Part shown: positions 10,501 through 20,278 of the stretch, in pieces
Numbering within the stretch: the first letter of the stretch is position 1
Layout of the letters: each line of letters opens with the position of its first letter
Assembly: GCA_963809895.1 (NCBI GenBank)
Contig: CAWELD010000003.1
Span: forward strand, 1,856,001 to 1,920,000
Source: an uncultured Gemmatimonadales bacterium
Lineage (GTDB): Bacteria > Gemmatimonadota > Gemmatimonadetes > Longimicrobiales > Gaopeijiaceae
Direction of reading: 5' to 3'
DNA: 64,000 nt
Made by a program: the position numbers and the translations under genes
Notes under the pieces: model-generated
Told to the model about the DNA's origin: nothing
Database searches by the model: none
What the model saw: only the letters and a program-made list of their open reading frames with translations

Positions 10501-13173
10501 CTACTCGCTCTTGAGCACCGTCATGGGATCCACCCGCGCGGCGCGGCGGGCCGGGACGTAGCCCGCCAGCAATCCCACGAAACCCACCACCAGGGTCACC
10601 AGCAGATAGGTGAGGGGATCCAGGGTCGGCAGGTCGTACAGGAAGCTCTCGAGCACGCGGGAGCCCGCCAGAGCGATGATCAAGCCGAGCACCAGGCCCC
10701 CGCCGCAGAGCCTCAGCCCCGAGCCCAGCGTGGCCCCTACCACCTCGCCACGGCGCGCCCCCAGCGCCATGCGTAGCGCTACCTCGCGCGTGCGCTGGGA
10801 CGCCGAGAACGCCACCACGCCGTAGACGCCCAGCAGGGCCAGGATCGTCGCCAGACCCGCCAGTCCCACCACGAAGAGGGTGCGGAACCGGGGAAGCGCC
10901 ACCGACCGGGCGATGTGCTCATCCAGGACCATCTGCCACCGCACCGGCGTGGTGGGAGACAGATCGGTCACGATGTCCCGGGCTCTGGCCAGGGCGGCGG
11001 CGGGATCCGCGGAGCGGAGCACCCACTGGGATACCTCCCGGCGGCTTTGCGCGGTCGGCACGTACACCTTGGGCTCCGGCGGTTCTTCGAGGGACTGGTG
11101 GCGGACGTTGCCCACGACACCGACCACGGTCGCCCACTCGTCCTTGTTGTGGCGGACGCGGCGGCCGATGGCGGACTGGCCGGGCCAGTAGGCGTCGGCC
11201 AGCGCCTGGTTCACCACCGCCACCCTGGGTGCGCCCGCCAGATCCTGCTCCTCCAGGCCGCGGCCTCGAAGAACGGGAATCCCCATGACCTCGAGGTAGT
11301 CGGGATAGGCCGCGGTGATGAGGACGTCGACGTCTTCACTCACCACGCCGTCCGCGCCCTCGATGTCGTACGAGGTGTAGGACCATGCGCCCGAGAGGGG
11401 GACTTCGCTGCTGCCGGTGACCTGGACGCCGGGCAGGGCGCGCAGCCGTTCCCGCAACTCGTCGGCGAAGGCCTTGCGAGCCGCCGTCTGCGCCTCGTCC
11501 GTCTCGTACAGGGACACGTCGGTAGAGACCGACATGACGGCGAGCCCCTGGGTGGGGAATCCCCGATCCTCGGTCCACAGGTTCATGTAGCTGCGGCCCA
11601 GGAGTCCCGCCCCCACCAGGAGCGAGAAGGCCAGCGCCACCTCGGCCACCACCAGGATCGAGCGCGCCCGTCCGCCGCCGCTGCCGGCCACGGACCGAGA
11701 GCCCTCGGCCATGGCGCGTCCGGGATCGACCCTCGACGCCCGCAGCGCGGGCAGGATTCCCACTGCCACCGCCGTCGCCGTGGTCACCAGGATCCCGAAC
11801 AGGAGCACGGCCGGATCCATGGTCACGTGATCGGCCCGCGGAAGCGACGGCGGCAGCGCAGCCACCAGCGCCGGCAGGGCGACGCCCGCCAGGACGAGCC
11901 CCGTCAGCCCACCCAGGAGCGCGAGGCCCGCGCTCTCGAGCAGGAGTGCCCGGACCAGTCGGCCGCGCTCGGCACCCAGGGCCGCGCGCACGGCGAGCTC
12001 ACGCCGGCGCCCGAGGCTCGTGACGCTCAGCATGTTGGCGATGTTCACGCAGGCGATGGCCAGGACGAAGCCCACCGCCCCCAACAGGAACCACAACGTC
12101 GTGCGCACGGCGCCCACCTCGGAGTCCAGCAGGCCTTCGACGTTGGCCCCGTAGTCCTTCTGCGCGTCGGGGTACGACGCGGACAGGCGGTCCTGGAGCG
12201 CCTCCAGATCAGCCTCCAGTGAGGCGACGGTAGCGCCCGGCTTCAGCCGGCCGATGGCGGTGAAGGACTGGTTGTCGCGCACGTCGGTCTTCCGGTCTTC
12301 GGGCAAGGAGGTCCAGATCTCGACGTTCTCGTGTCTCGGCACCGCGAAGCTCGCCGGCATGACACCGATGACCGTGGTCTGCTCGCCGTCCAGGTCGAGG
12401 GTCGTGCCGAGCACCTCCGCCTCGCCCCCCAGGCGCTCCTGCCAGAAACCGTGACTCAGCACCGCGACGCCCGGCGCTCCCGGCTGGTCGTCGTCCGCGA
12501 CCAGGGTTCGCCCCAGCGCCGCCGGCACCTCCAGGGCGTCGAATACCCCGTGCGTGAGGATCAACGCCTCCACCGTCTCCGCCCGCTCCGGACCCTGCCA
12601 GGTGCGCGTGTCCTGCGCTACGATCCCCACGGACTCGAAGCCCGTGGTCGCCGCCTGCCAATCGTTGAAAGTCGGCACCGACAGCGGCATCCGCTCAGCG
12701 AAGCTGCGGAACATCTTGCTGGGGTGACCCATCCACTCCGGATGGGTCTGCCAGGCCGCCACCAGCCGGTCGGGCTCGGGAAAGTCCAGAGGCCGCAGCA
12801 GGACCCCGTTCACCACGCTGAACACCGCCGTGGTCACCCCCACCGCCACGGCCACCGTGGCCGACACGGCGAGGCTCACCGCCGGCCGGTGGCGCACGCT
12901 CCGGAGCACGCCCCGCAGGTCGGATCCCCATCCTCCGCTCATGGTCGCTCCTCCTCCCCCCGTTTCCACATGTGCCACCCGTCGTAGCTCGAACGGCCGA
13001 ATCCACAGGGTCTGACGCCACATCCAGGCATCGGCGGCGAGCCGTCCAGTCTCGCGTCGCCGCTGGGCGTAGCGCTCGCGCAGATCACCCTCCACCGCCT
13101 CCAGGAGCTCGGCCGGAACCAGCCGCCGGAGCAGCCACACCGCAAGGCGGGGCGGATGCGGTGGACCCGTCAC
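10501..13173 (-). CDS. ADOP-family duplicated ABC permease with PPRLA-type N-terminal prefix
   Basis: PPRLAVWLL...EGDLRERY prefix, IACVNIAN, RMALGA; GTG start overlaps PadR stop. Confidence 0.9.
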   Translation of the reverse strand: MTGPPHPPRLAVWLLRRLVPAELLEAVEGDLRERYAQRRRETGRLAADAWMWRQTLWIRPFELRRVAHVETGGGGATMSGGWGSDLRGVLRSVRHRPAVSLAVSATVAVAVGVTTAVFSVVNGVLLRPLDFPEPDRLVAAWQTHPEWMGHPSKMFRSFAERMPLSVPTFNDWQAATTGFESVGIVAQDTRTWQGPERAETVEALILTHGVFDALEVPAALGRTLVADDDQPGAPGVAVLSHGFWQERLGGEAEVLGTTLDLDGEQTTVIGVMPASFAVPRHENVEIWTSLPEDRKTDVRDNQSFTAIGRLKPGATVASLEADLEALQDRLSASYPDAQKDYGANVEGLLDSEVGAVRTTLWFLLGAVGFVLAIACVNIANMLSVTSLGRRRELAVRAALGAERGRLVRALLLESAGLALLGGLTGLVLAGVALPALVAALPPSLPRADHVTMDPAVLLFGILVTTATAVAVGILPALRASRVDPGRAMAEGSRSVAGSGGGRARSILVVAEVALAFSLLVGAGLLGRSYMNLWTEDRGFPTQGLAVMSVSTDVSLYETDEAQTAARKAFADELRERLRALPGVQVTGSSEVPLSGAWSYTSYDIEGADGVVSEDVDVLITAAYPDYLEVMGIPVLRGRGLEEQDLAGAPRVAVVNQALADAYWPGQSAIGRRVRHNKDEWATVVGVVGNVRHQSLEEPPEPKVYVPTAQSRREVSQWVLRSADPAAALARARDIVTDLSPTTPVRWQMVLDEHIARSVALPRFRTLFVVGLAGLATILALLGVYGVVAFSASQRTREVALRMALGARRGEVVGATLGSGLRLCGGGLVLGLIIALAGSRVLESFLYDLPTLDPLTYLLVTLVVGFVGLLAGYVPARRAARVDPMTVLKSE

Positions 13174-13529
13174 GATCCGTCGCGCGCCACCGAACCCGCG
13201 GCGTCCTCCAGATCCCCCTCCAGCCCGTCCCACATGGACAGGAGCCGCCGACGCGACTCGTCCAACGCCGCCATCCCCTCCGGCTCCACCGAGAAGTAGC
13301 GCCGCGCCCTCCCCCCGCGCTCGTCGGTGGGCTCCCCCATCCACGAGCGCACCATCCCCTTCTTCTCCAGGCGGGTCAGGGTGATGTAGATGGCGCTGAT
13401 GGAGGCTTCCCGGTCCGCCGTCTGATCGAGCTCCTCCTGAATGCGCGCGCCGTAGGCGTCCTCGCCCAGCCGCATGACGGCGAGCAGCGCCATCTGCTCG
13501 AACTCCCCCAGGTGATCGGTCTTGGCCAC
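13170..13529 (-). CDS. PadR-family transcriptional regulator
   Basis: LGEFEQMALLAV, AYGARI, IYITLTRLEKKG, ERGGRARRYF. Confidence 0.9.
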   Translation of the reverse strand: MAKTDHLGEFEQMALLAVMRLGEDAYGARIQEELDQTADREASISAIYITLTRLEKKGMVRSWMGEPTDERGGRARRYFSVEPEGMAALDESRRRLLSMWDGLEGDLEDAAGSVARDGS

Positions 13530-13542
13530 CGATGTCTCCGTG

Positions 13543-13574
13543 GTTTCACAATGTTAAGGTTAACAATGTGAAAC
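13543..13574. promoter_or_regulatory. 32-bp AT-rich near-perfect palindrome, putative PadR operator
   Basis: GTTTCACAATGTTAAGGTTAACAATGTGAAAC, 13 nt upstream of the PadR start. Confidence 0.65.
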
Positions 13575-13616
13575 ATGCGGGCGGAGGACGGGGCGGTCAA
13601 GCAGGGGGGATTGGCG

Positions 13617-14252
13617 TCACTGGTCGGACTCGAGCGCCCGAGCGGCCGCGACGATCCCCTGCGCCCATGCCGGGACGTCGTCAGTCAGGTGGATGATCCG
13701 GTCCCGCTCCAGGTGGAGGAGCAGTCTCGGCTCGACGACGCCCCGCTTGCCGACCGGCGCGCTGTTGTCGTACACCTTCAGCGCAGCCAACTGGGGGATC
13801 AGGCGGATAAGGTTCTGGTGGCTGCTGCTGTATCGCTCCCGGATCTTCCGTTCCGGAATGTCGTGGCCGCCCCGCTCCACCCGCTCCTTGACGCGCTGGA
13901 TGTGGAGCTCGGCGCTCTCGAGACCGACGTACCACATATGAACATCGAGTGCGGCCGCCGCTGCTTCGCGGAGCGTTCGTGAGACCGTCCGTCCACCCAG
14001 CGTGGTCTCGAATGCGAATGTCCCACCGTCCTCGATGGTGGCCTTCAGAAAGTCGATCTCCTTCCTCCAGGCCTTGATGTTGGCCTCGGCCACCGACAGG
14101 CGCGGCTGAATCGCACGCAGCTGACGTGCGACCTCATCCGGGTTGTAGTAGTCGGCGCCGGACTCGCGGAGCATGGACCCGAGCACAGAGCTCTTCCCCG
14201 CTCCATTCGTTCCGGCGAGAACGTAGATCGTCCCCCGACTCCGGCCGCTCAC
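13617..14252 (-). CDS. Zeta-toxin-like P-loop kinase/ATPase
   Basis: LAGTNGAGKS Walker A, FAFETTLGG, RVERGGHDIPE, VYDNS. Confidence 0.85.
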   Translation of the reverse strand: MSGRSRGTIYVLAGTNGAGKSSVLGSMLRESGADYYNPDEVARQLRAIQPRLSVAEANIKAWRKEIDFLKATIEDGGTFAFETTLGGRTVSRTLREAAAAALDVHMWYVGLESAELHIQRVKERVERGGHDIPERKIRERYSSSHQNLIRLIPQLAALKVYDNSAPVGKRGVVEPRLLLHLERDRIIHLTDDVPAWAQGIVAAARALESDQ

Positions 14253-14258
14253 GGTATC

Positions 14259-14801
14259 CTACGGTCGGGACGCGGCTGGCTCATCTTTCTCGATTCTCAC
14301 CCGCGGCTGCGTGTTGAAGGCACGCTGTGCCGCCTCAAGGAACGCCGGCTTCTGCATCCGGGCATACAGCTCATCCAGCTCGTCGTCCAGGATCGCAAGC
14401 GCCGCACGCTGGGCCAGGGTCAGGTCCGAATCTCGCGTGGATTCACCCCTCTGTCCCGAGCGCAACATGCCCAGCAGGTGATTGAAGCCGAGCAGCGCCC
14501 CCAGGACTGTCTCGGTCCGGCCGGATACGATCATTTCACGCGGCGTCCGGTCACCCAACGCCCCCATCGGCGCGTCGAGCCACTCCAAAGCGCGCTCCTC
14601 CCCCACGCTGCGCACTACCTCATCGATGAGCTCCTGCAGTCGCTCGAGGCGGTCACGATACGTCGCCGTCGGCGTCGCGCCTTCGCGCCAGCGGTAGAGC
14701 GTCGCCGAATCCGCACGTAGCGACGTGGCAATTTCGTCGAAGGTCAGCCGGAACACGCGGCGAGCGGCGTCGATCCCGGGCAATTTCGTGTTCGTGCTCA
14801 T
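14259..14801 (-). CDS. HTH + Xre/MbcA/ParS-type antitoxin-like protein
   Basis: HTH LTFDEIATSLRADSATLYRWREG, then WLDAPMGALGDRTPREMI; palindrome TTGCAATTGCAA at 14849-14860 upstream. Confidence 0.7.
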   Translation of the reverse strand: MSTNTKLPGIDAARRVFRLTFDEIATSLRADSATLYRWREGATPTATYRDRLERLQELIDEVVRSVGEERALEWLDAPMGALGDRTPREMIVSGRTETVLGALLGFNHLLGMLRSGQRGESTRDSDLTLAQRAALAILDDELDELYARMQKPAFLEAAQRAFNTQPRVRIEKDEPAASRP

Positions 14802-14952
14802 CGGTACCTCCTGACATCGGGATGCACCTTCAAGATACCAGGAGCACATTGCAATTGCAAGATGGCGACCGAGCTAGCCAGCTTGGGGGCAGCTAGAGCA
14901 GCGCGGGACAAACAACGGCGAAGCCCGAGTAGCAAGCAGAAGCGAGATCTGG

Positions 14953-17325
14953 CTACGCCGAGGGTGGGGCACACTCCACAGCATCGAGCCCTTCGCGGAG
15001 CCGGAAGACGTCGCTCACGTGATCCACTCGGCCAGATCCACCACTCTCCACCCGTCGTTCGGTCTGCACCAGAATCAGCGAGCCACCACCGGAATAGCCC
15101 TTTGGGGCCTCGTCGGCGGCGCGATGCAGGTAGGCGGTCCATCTCCAGCTCAGCGCGAGGAACGGCCCCCAGCGCATGGGTGCGCGGAAGTCGAAGATGT
15201 GCCCGCCAGCGCGCAGATCCCGTGCCTGCCACTCCTCCGGCGTGACGACCGTGACCCCGGCGAGGGGGGCGTCGAGGACCGCCTGGGGTAGGTTCGCCGA
15301 CAGGAGGAACCTCGGCACCTCCTCCACGCCGTGCGACGACGTCGCGATCCCCTGCAGGGACTGGGCGCCCGGTATGGCCGGCCACGGATAGGCTCCTCCG
15401 GCGAAGATCGAATCCACCAGCGGTACCAGCACCGCCACCACCGACTGGGGATCCACCACTTCGCCCTCACCCATCCGGCGGCGGATCTCCCAACGGGCAC
15501 TGCGCACCCGCGCCTCGTCGCCAGAGAGAACGTCGGCCCGGAGCTCGTCGGCGGTTCGCGCGGGGATCGCATCCGCCGCGCGCAGGATCTCTTCCAGGAC
15601 CACCCGCGCCGAATCGTCGGCTGGTGGCCATCCTGCGACCAACTCCGCCATCGGATCTCGGCCGGTGCGGGCGGCGTAGAGACGTAAGGCACGGAGGATC
15701 TGCCTTCGGTCTCGACCACCACCGTTCCACCAGCTCCGCCACGCCGTCCAGTCCGCTCCGGCCGGAGGCACCGCCGGCGCTCCCTTCCGCGCGACCCCGC
15801 GACCGTAACGAATCGCTTCGGCCACCAACGTCGCTCCCTCCTCCTGGCGCACGACCAGAGAATCGAACCAGCGAGCGGGATTCCAGGCGAATCGGCCCAC
15901 GAGCGCCGCGTCGCGCAGTCGAGGCTCGGAGGAGGCTGCGCCGCGCTCGATCATCAAACGGCACGCGGCGGGCTCGCATCCCCAGCGGGTGGAGTCGGGC
16001 TCCGCGATCGGTCCCGAACGCAGGAGCGTGCCGGCCAGCTCGAGGTAGTCGTAGCGGGCAGGGGCGCCCAGGCGCCACAGACGCCCGGGGTCCTCCAGAT
16101 AGGGGAGCACCCGCTCCGCGTCGGCCACGGTGAGCCGCCGCGAGTACGGAATGTGCCCCCGTGCCGTCCTCAACAGGGTCAGGGTATCCTCCCTGGCCAG
16201 AGCGAAGACGCGTGCGAGGGAGTCCATCTGGTCAGCCGTGCGCGTCCCACTCGTATCGTAGCGCCGCAGCAGACTCTGCAACTCGGCGATCTCGTCGGGG
16301 TCCCGGCTGACACGCCAGCGCTCGACCAGGGAGTCGGCAAGCACGGGGTCACCGGCTCGCAGACGCCGCTGAAGGTCGGTGGTTGGGAGCATGAGCATGC
16401 CGGTGCTGGCCCGGGCGCGGGCCGCCCGCATCGAGTCCTGGAGTGCCTCTAAGCTCGCCGAGTCATAGCGCGTCCAGGTGCGCACCCGCTCCATCCGAAC
16501 CCCCGACGTGAGCGGACCGCTCACCGAGTCGCGCAGCACGGCGCGGCCCTCCCAACGCGCCGTGTCCGCTCCGCCCACGCGAAGCATGGTCTCCGGCTCC
16601 ACGAGAGCGATGCCGCGGGTGCGTCCTGCGAGGGTGCGGTCGACCGGCCGCACACTCTTCAGGAGCACGTCGAGGTCAGTCGCCTCGTACTGAACCTCCT
16701 CGACCATCCGGATCCGAAGCGCGCGTCCCCCGCCGGTCATGGTGTCGCCCAGAACCTCGAAGCGACGCACCGACCGATACGATTCGCTCAGCCCTTCACC
16801 CGGCTCCGCGACGAAGGCCAGGGTATCGATCCACCGCTCTCCTGCGGCCAGGTCTTCGCGGGGGAGTGGCACCCACAGCTCGCGGAACCGGCTCGACGGC
16901 AGGCGCAGCGCGACCGCCCGCAACTCAGGCCGTCCTTGCAGCCGCCACACGCCGTTGCGGCGACGATCCGCGGCGTCGTCCCACCTCGTGGAGGACAGGG
17001 CCGGAAGTCGCATCTGCACGGAGCGGATACGACCGCTCTCGTCGAAGTACGCCTCGGCATCGACCAGGCCGGCCGTCACGGTCCAGACCGGATCCCGGAG
17101 CATCGGCGACCGGATCTCGCGAGCGTGGAACGCCTCGACTCTCTCCGTGGTGGGCACGAACTCGGGCGGTGCGTCCTCGTGGATCCAGCGCTCCTCGGTG
17201 ACGCGGCGGATGACCTGGACGGCGGTGGTGTCGGCGGGGACTTGGGCGTCGGCGTGCGCCGGAACGACGACCCCCAGAGCGAGGGCGGTCAGCGTTACGC
17301 GGGGCAAGCAGCGGCACACGGACAT
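14953..17325 (-). CDS. Large secreted hypothetical protein; true C-terminus probably ...GWRVVDLAEWIT ending near 15015 after a 1-nt indel
   Basis: Signal peptide LTALALGVVVPAHADAQ; long ORF; no recognisable family. Confidence 0.65.
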   Translation of the reverse strand: MSVCRCLPRVTLTALALGVVVPAHADAQVPADTTAVQVIRRVTEERWIHEDAPPEFVPTTERVEAFHAREIRSPMLRDPVWTVTAGLVDAEAYFDESGRIRSVQMRLPALSSTRWDDAADRRRNGVWRLQGRPELRAVALRLPSSRFRELWVPLPREDLAAGERWIDTLAFVAEPGEGLSESYRSVRRFEVLGDTMTGGGRALRIRMVEEVQYEATDLDVLLKSVRPVDRTLAGRTRGIALVEPETMLRVGGADTARWEGRAVLRDSVSGPLTSGVRMERVRTWTRYDSASLEALQDSMRAARARASTGMLMLPTTDLQRRLRAGDPVLADSLVERWRVSRDPDEIAELQSLLRRYDTSGTRTADQMDSLARVFALAREDTLTLLRTARGHIPYSRRLTVADAERVLPYLEDPGRLWRLGAPARYDYLELAGTLLRSGPIAEPDSTRWGCEPAACRLMIERGAASSEPRLRDAALVGRFAWNPARWFDSLVVRQEEGATLVAEAIRYGRGVARKGAPAVPPAGADWTAWRSWWNGGGRDRRQILRALRLYAARTGRDPMAELVAGWPPADDSARVVLEEILRAADAIPARTADELRADVLSGDEARVRSARWEIRRRMGEGEVVDPQSVVAVLVPLVDSIFAGGAYPWPAIPGAQSLQGIATSSHGVEEVPRFLLSANLPQAVLDAPLAGVTVVTPEEWQARDLRAGGHIFDFRAPMRWGPFLALSWRWTAYLHRAADEAPKGYSGGGSLILVQTERRVESGGSGRVDHVSDVFRLREGLDAVECAPPSA

Positions 17326-17354
17326 GCGCCTAAGATGGGATTTCTGATCCCCGT

Positions 17355-17921
17355 TCAGCAAGCCATCAACAGGCGCTGACGACATCCTGGGCAGCACTTC
17401 AGGGTCGCGAACCTCCTGCATACCTGCGTGCACTCATCCGTTGCGCCCCATCGGTGGACCGCCCTCCACGAATCGGCCAGGTTCTTCAGGGACGCGTTCA
17501 ACCCTACCTCGTGGTCCTCTGGCCGAATCCCCTCGGGTACGTCTTCAGCCTCGACCGTGACGAGCGTGCCGCCCTTGGTGGACTCAAACGTCCACCTCAT
17601 ACGCATGATGCCTGAGAACGCGGGGTCCTCGCTGTCGAAGGTCACCTCCTGCTCGATCTTTCGTGCGTCTTCGAGCTTCGTCAGGCGCACCGCTACGTCA
17701 TCGGAGTCCTCTGAGCTCTTGCCTCGTCCCAGGTGCCGTTTCGCATAGGTGAGCCGCATGTGATAGGAGCCGCCTTCACGGAAATCGAAGTGCAGCATCT
17801 CGCCCGTCATGTCGCTCGGGGGAATCCACTCCTCCATCGCACCCGGCTCCGCGAAAGCCCGATACACGGCCTCCGGCGTCGCCGAGATCAGTCGAGACGC
17901 TGAATCGACTCTTGGACTCAT
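17355..17921 (-). CDS. SRPBCC / AHA1-like domain protein
   Basis: ASRLISATPEAVYRAF, FDFREGGSYHMRL, VPEGIRPEDHEVGLNASL. Confidence 0.85.
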   Translation of the reverse strand: MSPRVDSASRLISATPEAVYRAFAEPGAMEEWIPPSDMTGEMLHFDFREGGSYHMRLTYAKRHLGRGKSSEDSDDVAVRLTKLEDARKIEQEVTFDSEDPAFSGIMRMRWTFESTKGGTLVTVEAEDVPEGIRPEDHEVGLNASLKNLADSWRAVHRWGATDECTQVCRRFATLKCCPGCRQRLLMAC

Positions 17922-18084
17922 GGTTCTTCCGGTGTGTGATGCGGCTGGGCAGCGAACCCGCCACCTCCAGCTTCGTAGCCATGATCATGCTCCTCTCTTC
18001 GGGCACCGATCAAGATGGGATCTTGGGTCCCCGTGTAGCATGTCTAGGCTGTGACGGCTGGCGCGGTAGCCTTCCGCAGGGGCG

Positions 18085-19608
18085 TCAGGCGGCTGGAGAC
18101 GCGGATCGGAGGATGAATCTCGCGAACGGAGCGAAGTCCTCGTCGAGCTGGGCCGACTTCAGGGTCGCGAAGTACTCATCGCGCTGGTCCACCCGGATGG
18201 TGAGCCACGGAAGCCCTCCCCCCAGGAACGCCGTGTTCATGAGAAACCGTGCGGTCCTGCCGTTTCCGTCCGGGACCGGATACGCCCACACGAACCAGAG
18301 GTGCACCAGGATACCGCGTAGCATTCCCTGATCGTACCCGATCTCCGCGAGCTCCTTGAAAGATCAGGTCCAGCATCGCCGGCACCTTGGTCACGCCCGG
18401 TGGAACATAGAGGGTGTCCCGGATGAACACGGGTCCTGCTCGCCAGCCGCGGAGATCCTCGATTGGAATGATCCCGGCCTCGACGGAGGGCTTGAAGAGG
18501 TCCGTGTAGAGATCGAGGGCCAGCCCGCTGGTGAGGGGCACCTCTCCGTCGGCGTCACTGATTCGGCGAAGCAGCGTGTCGAACGCGAGCCCGTAGCCGA
18601 GTACTGCGAGTCTCGAGCGGACGTCCTCGATGTCCCGTCGATCGTCAGCACCGCCCCCCAGCAGGATGGACACGTCGTCCAGGCTCAGCCGGTACCCTTC
18701 GATGGACGAGGAGTGATAGGCGTCATACACCTTGGCCTGAGCGGCGTCCTCCAGCAGTTCCGCGAGCTTGATGTATTGTGCCGGGCGACCCATCTCGTCG
18801 ATGCGCTGTCGCAACCGCCTCCCGGGACCGTCGGAACGCCACCCGGAGTCTGATCCAACCAGGGCTGGTGGCTCGTTCCGGTCGAGACGACGACCTGGGG
18901 GACCACGAGCCCCCTCCCGACATCGGTCCGATCCCTTCCGATCCGTACCGACTGCTCCTCTGCCAGCACGCCTTCGATCATATCGGCCAGGCGCTCGTTG
19001 CCCACGTCGCGAGCGATATGCTCCAAGCGCTTGAGAACCACCGGGCGTGGGCGTCGTCGATAGGCCGCGACCAGGGCCGGCCGCGCGAGTGTCAGGGACC
19101 TCATCCAGATCGCCACGTCCTCGATTCCGCCGTCCCGGAGGAACTGCAGGGGTAGCGTGAGGAGCACCGTCTCCGGCGAGTCCACCGGAATGCTCGCCTC
19201 GCCCACATCGACCCATTCGCTACCGGACACGTCTCCGCTCTCGACCCTGATGGACACGCCCGGGAGGATTTCCTCGCGCCAACGTGTCTTGCCCGTCTGT
19301 CGGATACGGATCTCAGGGCCGGGGTCGGTCCTCCCGAGAAGCAGGCGGACAGCCGAGTCGCGCTCGACCACGGCGGGCGCGTACGCGGAGGTGATGTGCT
19401 CAACGATAGGCCACAGGAGCGAGCGGACGACCGTGTCTCGGTCATCTCCCGGCGAGCGTACCACGATCACTCCGCCGGGAATGTAGATCGTCAGATCGAG
19501 CCGGCGAAGAGTCTGCAGGACATCTTTCGGGATGTCGCTTTCAAGGAACACCGGAACCGCTTCGGCGTGCGCTTCCAGCCAAGCAAGTGCGCCCTGTCGA
19601 TCGACCAT
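18085..19608 (-). CDS. Fic-domain protein with long N-terminal extension, split over three frames
   Basis: DAYHSSSIEGY, WRAGPVFIR..YVPP and YPVPDGNGRTARFLMN in consecutive frames; indels near 18850 and 18355. Confidence 0.8.
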
Positions 19609-19624
19609 GGCCAGCTCTCCTCAT

Positions 19625-19716
19625 GCATACCTGGCCTCGAACCGTATGCATACGTAAGCGCGAACTACTTGCATACATTAGCGCGATAAAGGCGCATACA
19701 CAAGTGCGATGGGCGC
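19625..19716. repeat. Four direct repeats with exact 23-bp period upstream of the Fic gene
   Basis: GCATAC at 19625, 19648, 19671 and 19694; consensus GCATACnnnAGyGCGA (first unit degenerate). Confidence 0.8.
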
Positions 19717-19812
19717 AAGAGAGCAAGTAGGGACATCGTGATTCCACCAACCGAGGTCCCACGCGCGTTCGGGAACTCGAATACCTCGCAGAAGGCCTCT
19801 CGGGTCCCGCCC

Positions 19813-19869
19813 TTGACTAATCCGATCATCGGAACATAGCTTCCGGCGACACTATTCCGACGATCGGAA
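19813..19869 (+). promoter_or_regulatory. Putative sigma70 promoter with two TCCGA-N3-TCGGA operators
   Basis: TTGACT (19813)-18 nt-TAGCTT (19837); TCCGATCATCGGA at 19821-19833 and TTCCGACGATCGGAA at 19855-19869. Confidence 0.6.
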
Positions 19870-19903
19870 GTTCTCGAGCCAGACCCCCTGCCCGAACCGA
19901 CCC

Positions 19904-20278
19904 ATGTCCGACGACGAGATTCCCCTGACGCCCCTTACCATGGCCCTCCTCCTGGCACTGGCCGGAGGCGATAGCCACGGTTACGCCCTCATGCAGGAGG
20001 TGGAGCGTCAGACCGACGGGCGCCTCAAGCCGGGAACGGGCAGCCTCTATGCGGCCCTGCAGCGGCTCATGGACGACGGGATGATCGAGGAGTCGCCGGA
20101 CCGACCGGGTCCGGGCGAGGACCGGCGCCGCAAGTACTTCCGGATCACCGCCGCGGGCTGGGCCATGGCTCGCCGGGAGGCGGAGCGGATGCTCCAGGTG
20201 GTGGCGGCGGCGAGGGAGCGGAGAATCCTGCAGGAGCCACCGCCCGGGTTGATCACGGACCCGACGGGGCGGACGTGA
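19904..20278 (+). CDS. PadR-family transcriptional regulator
   Basis: PLTPLTMALLLAL, HGYALMQEV, GTGSLYAALQRL, DRRRKYFRIT. Confidence 0.92.
   Translation: MSDDEIPLTPLTMALLLALAGGDSHGYALMQEVERQTDGRLKPGTGSLYAALQRLMDDGMIEESPDRPGPGEDRRRKYFRITAAGWAMARREAERMLQVVAAARERRILQEPPPGLITDPTGRT

Noticed and set aside
19625..19716. Mini CRISPR array
   Set aside because: The 23-bp period is too short for repeat plus spacer, units are degenerate, and no cas genes are present
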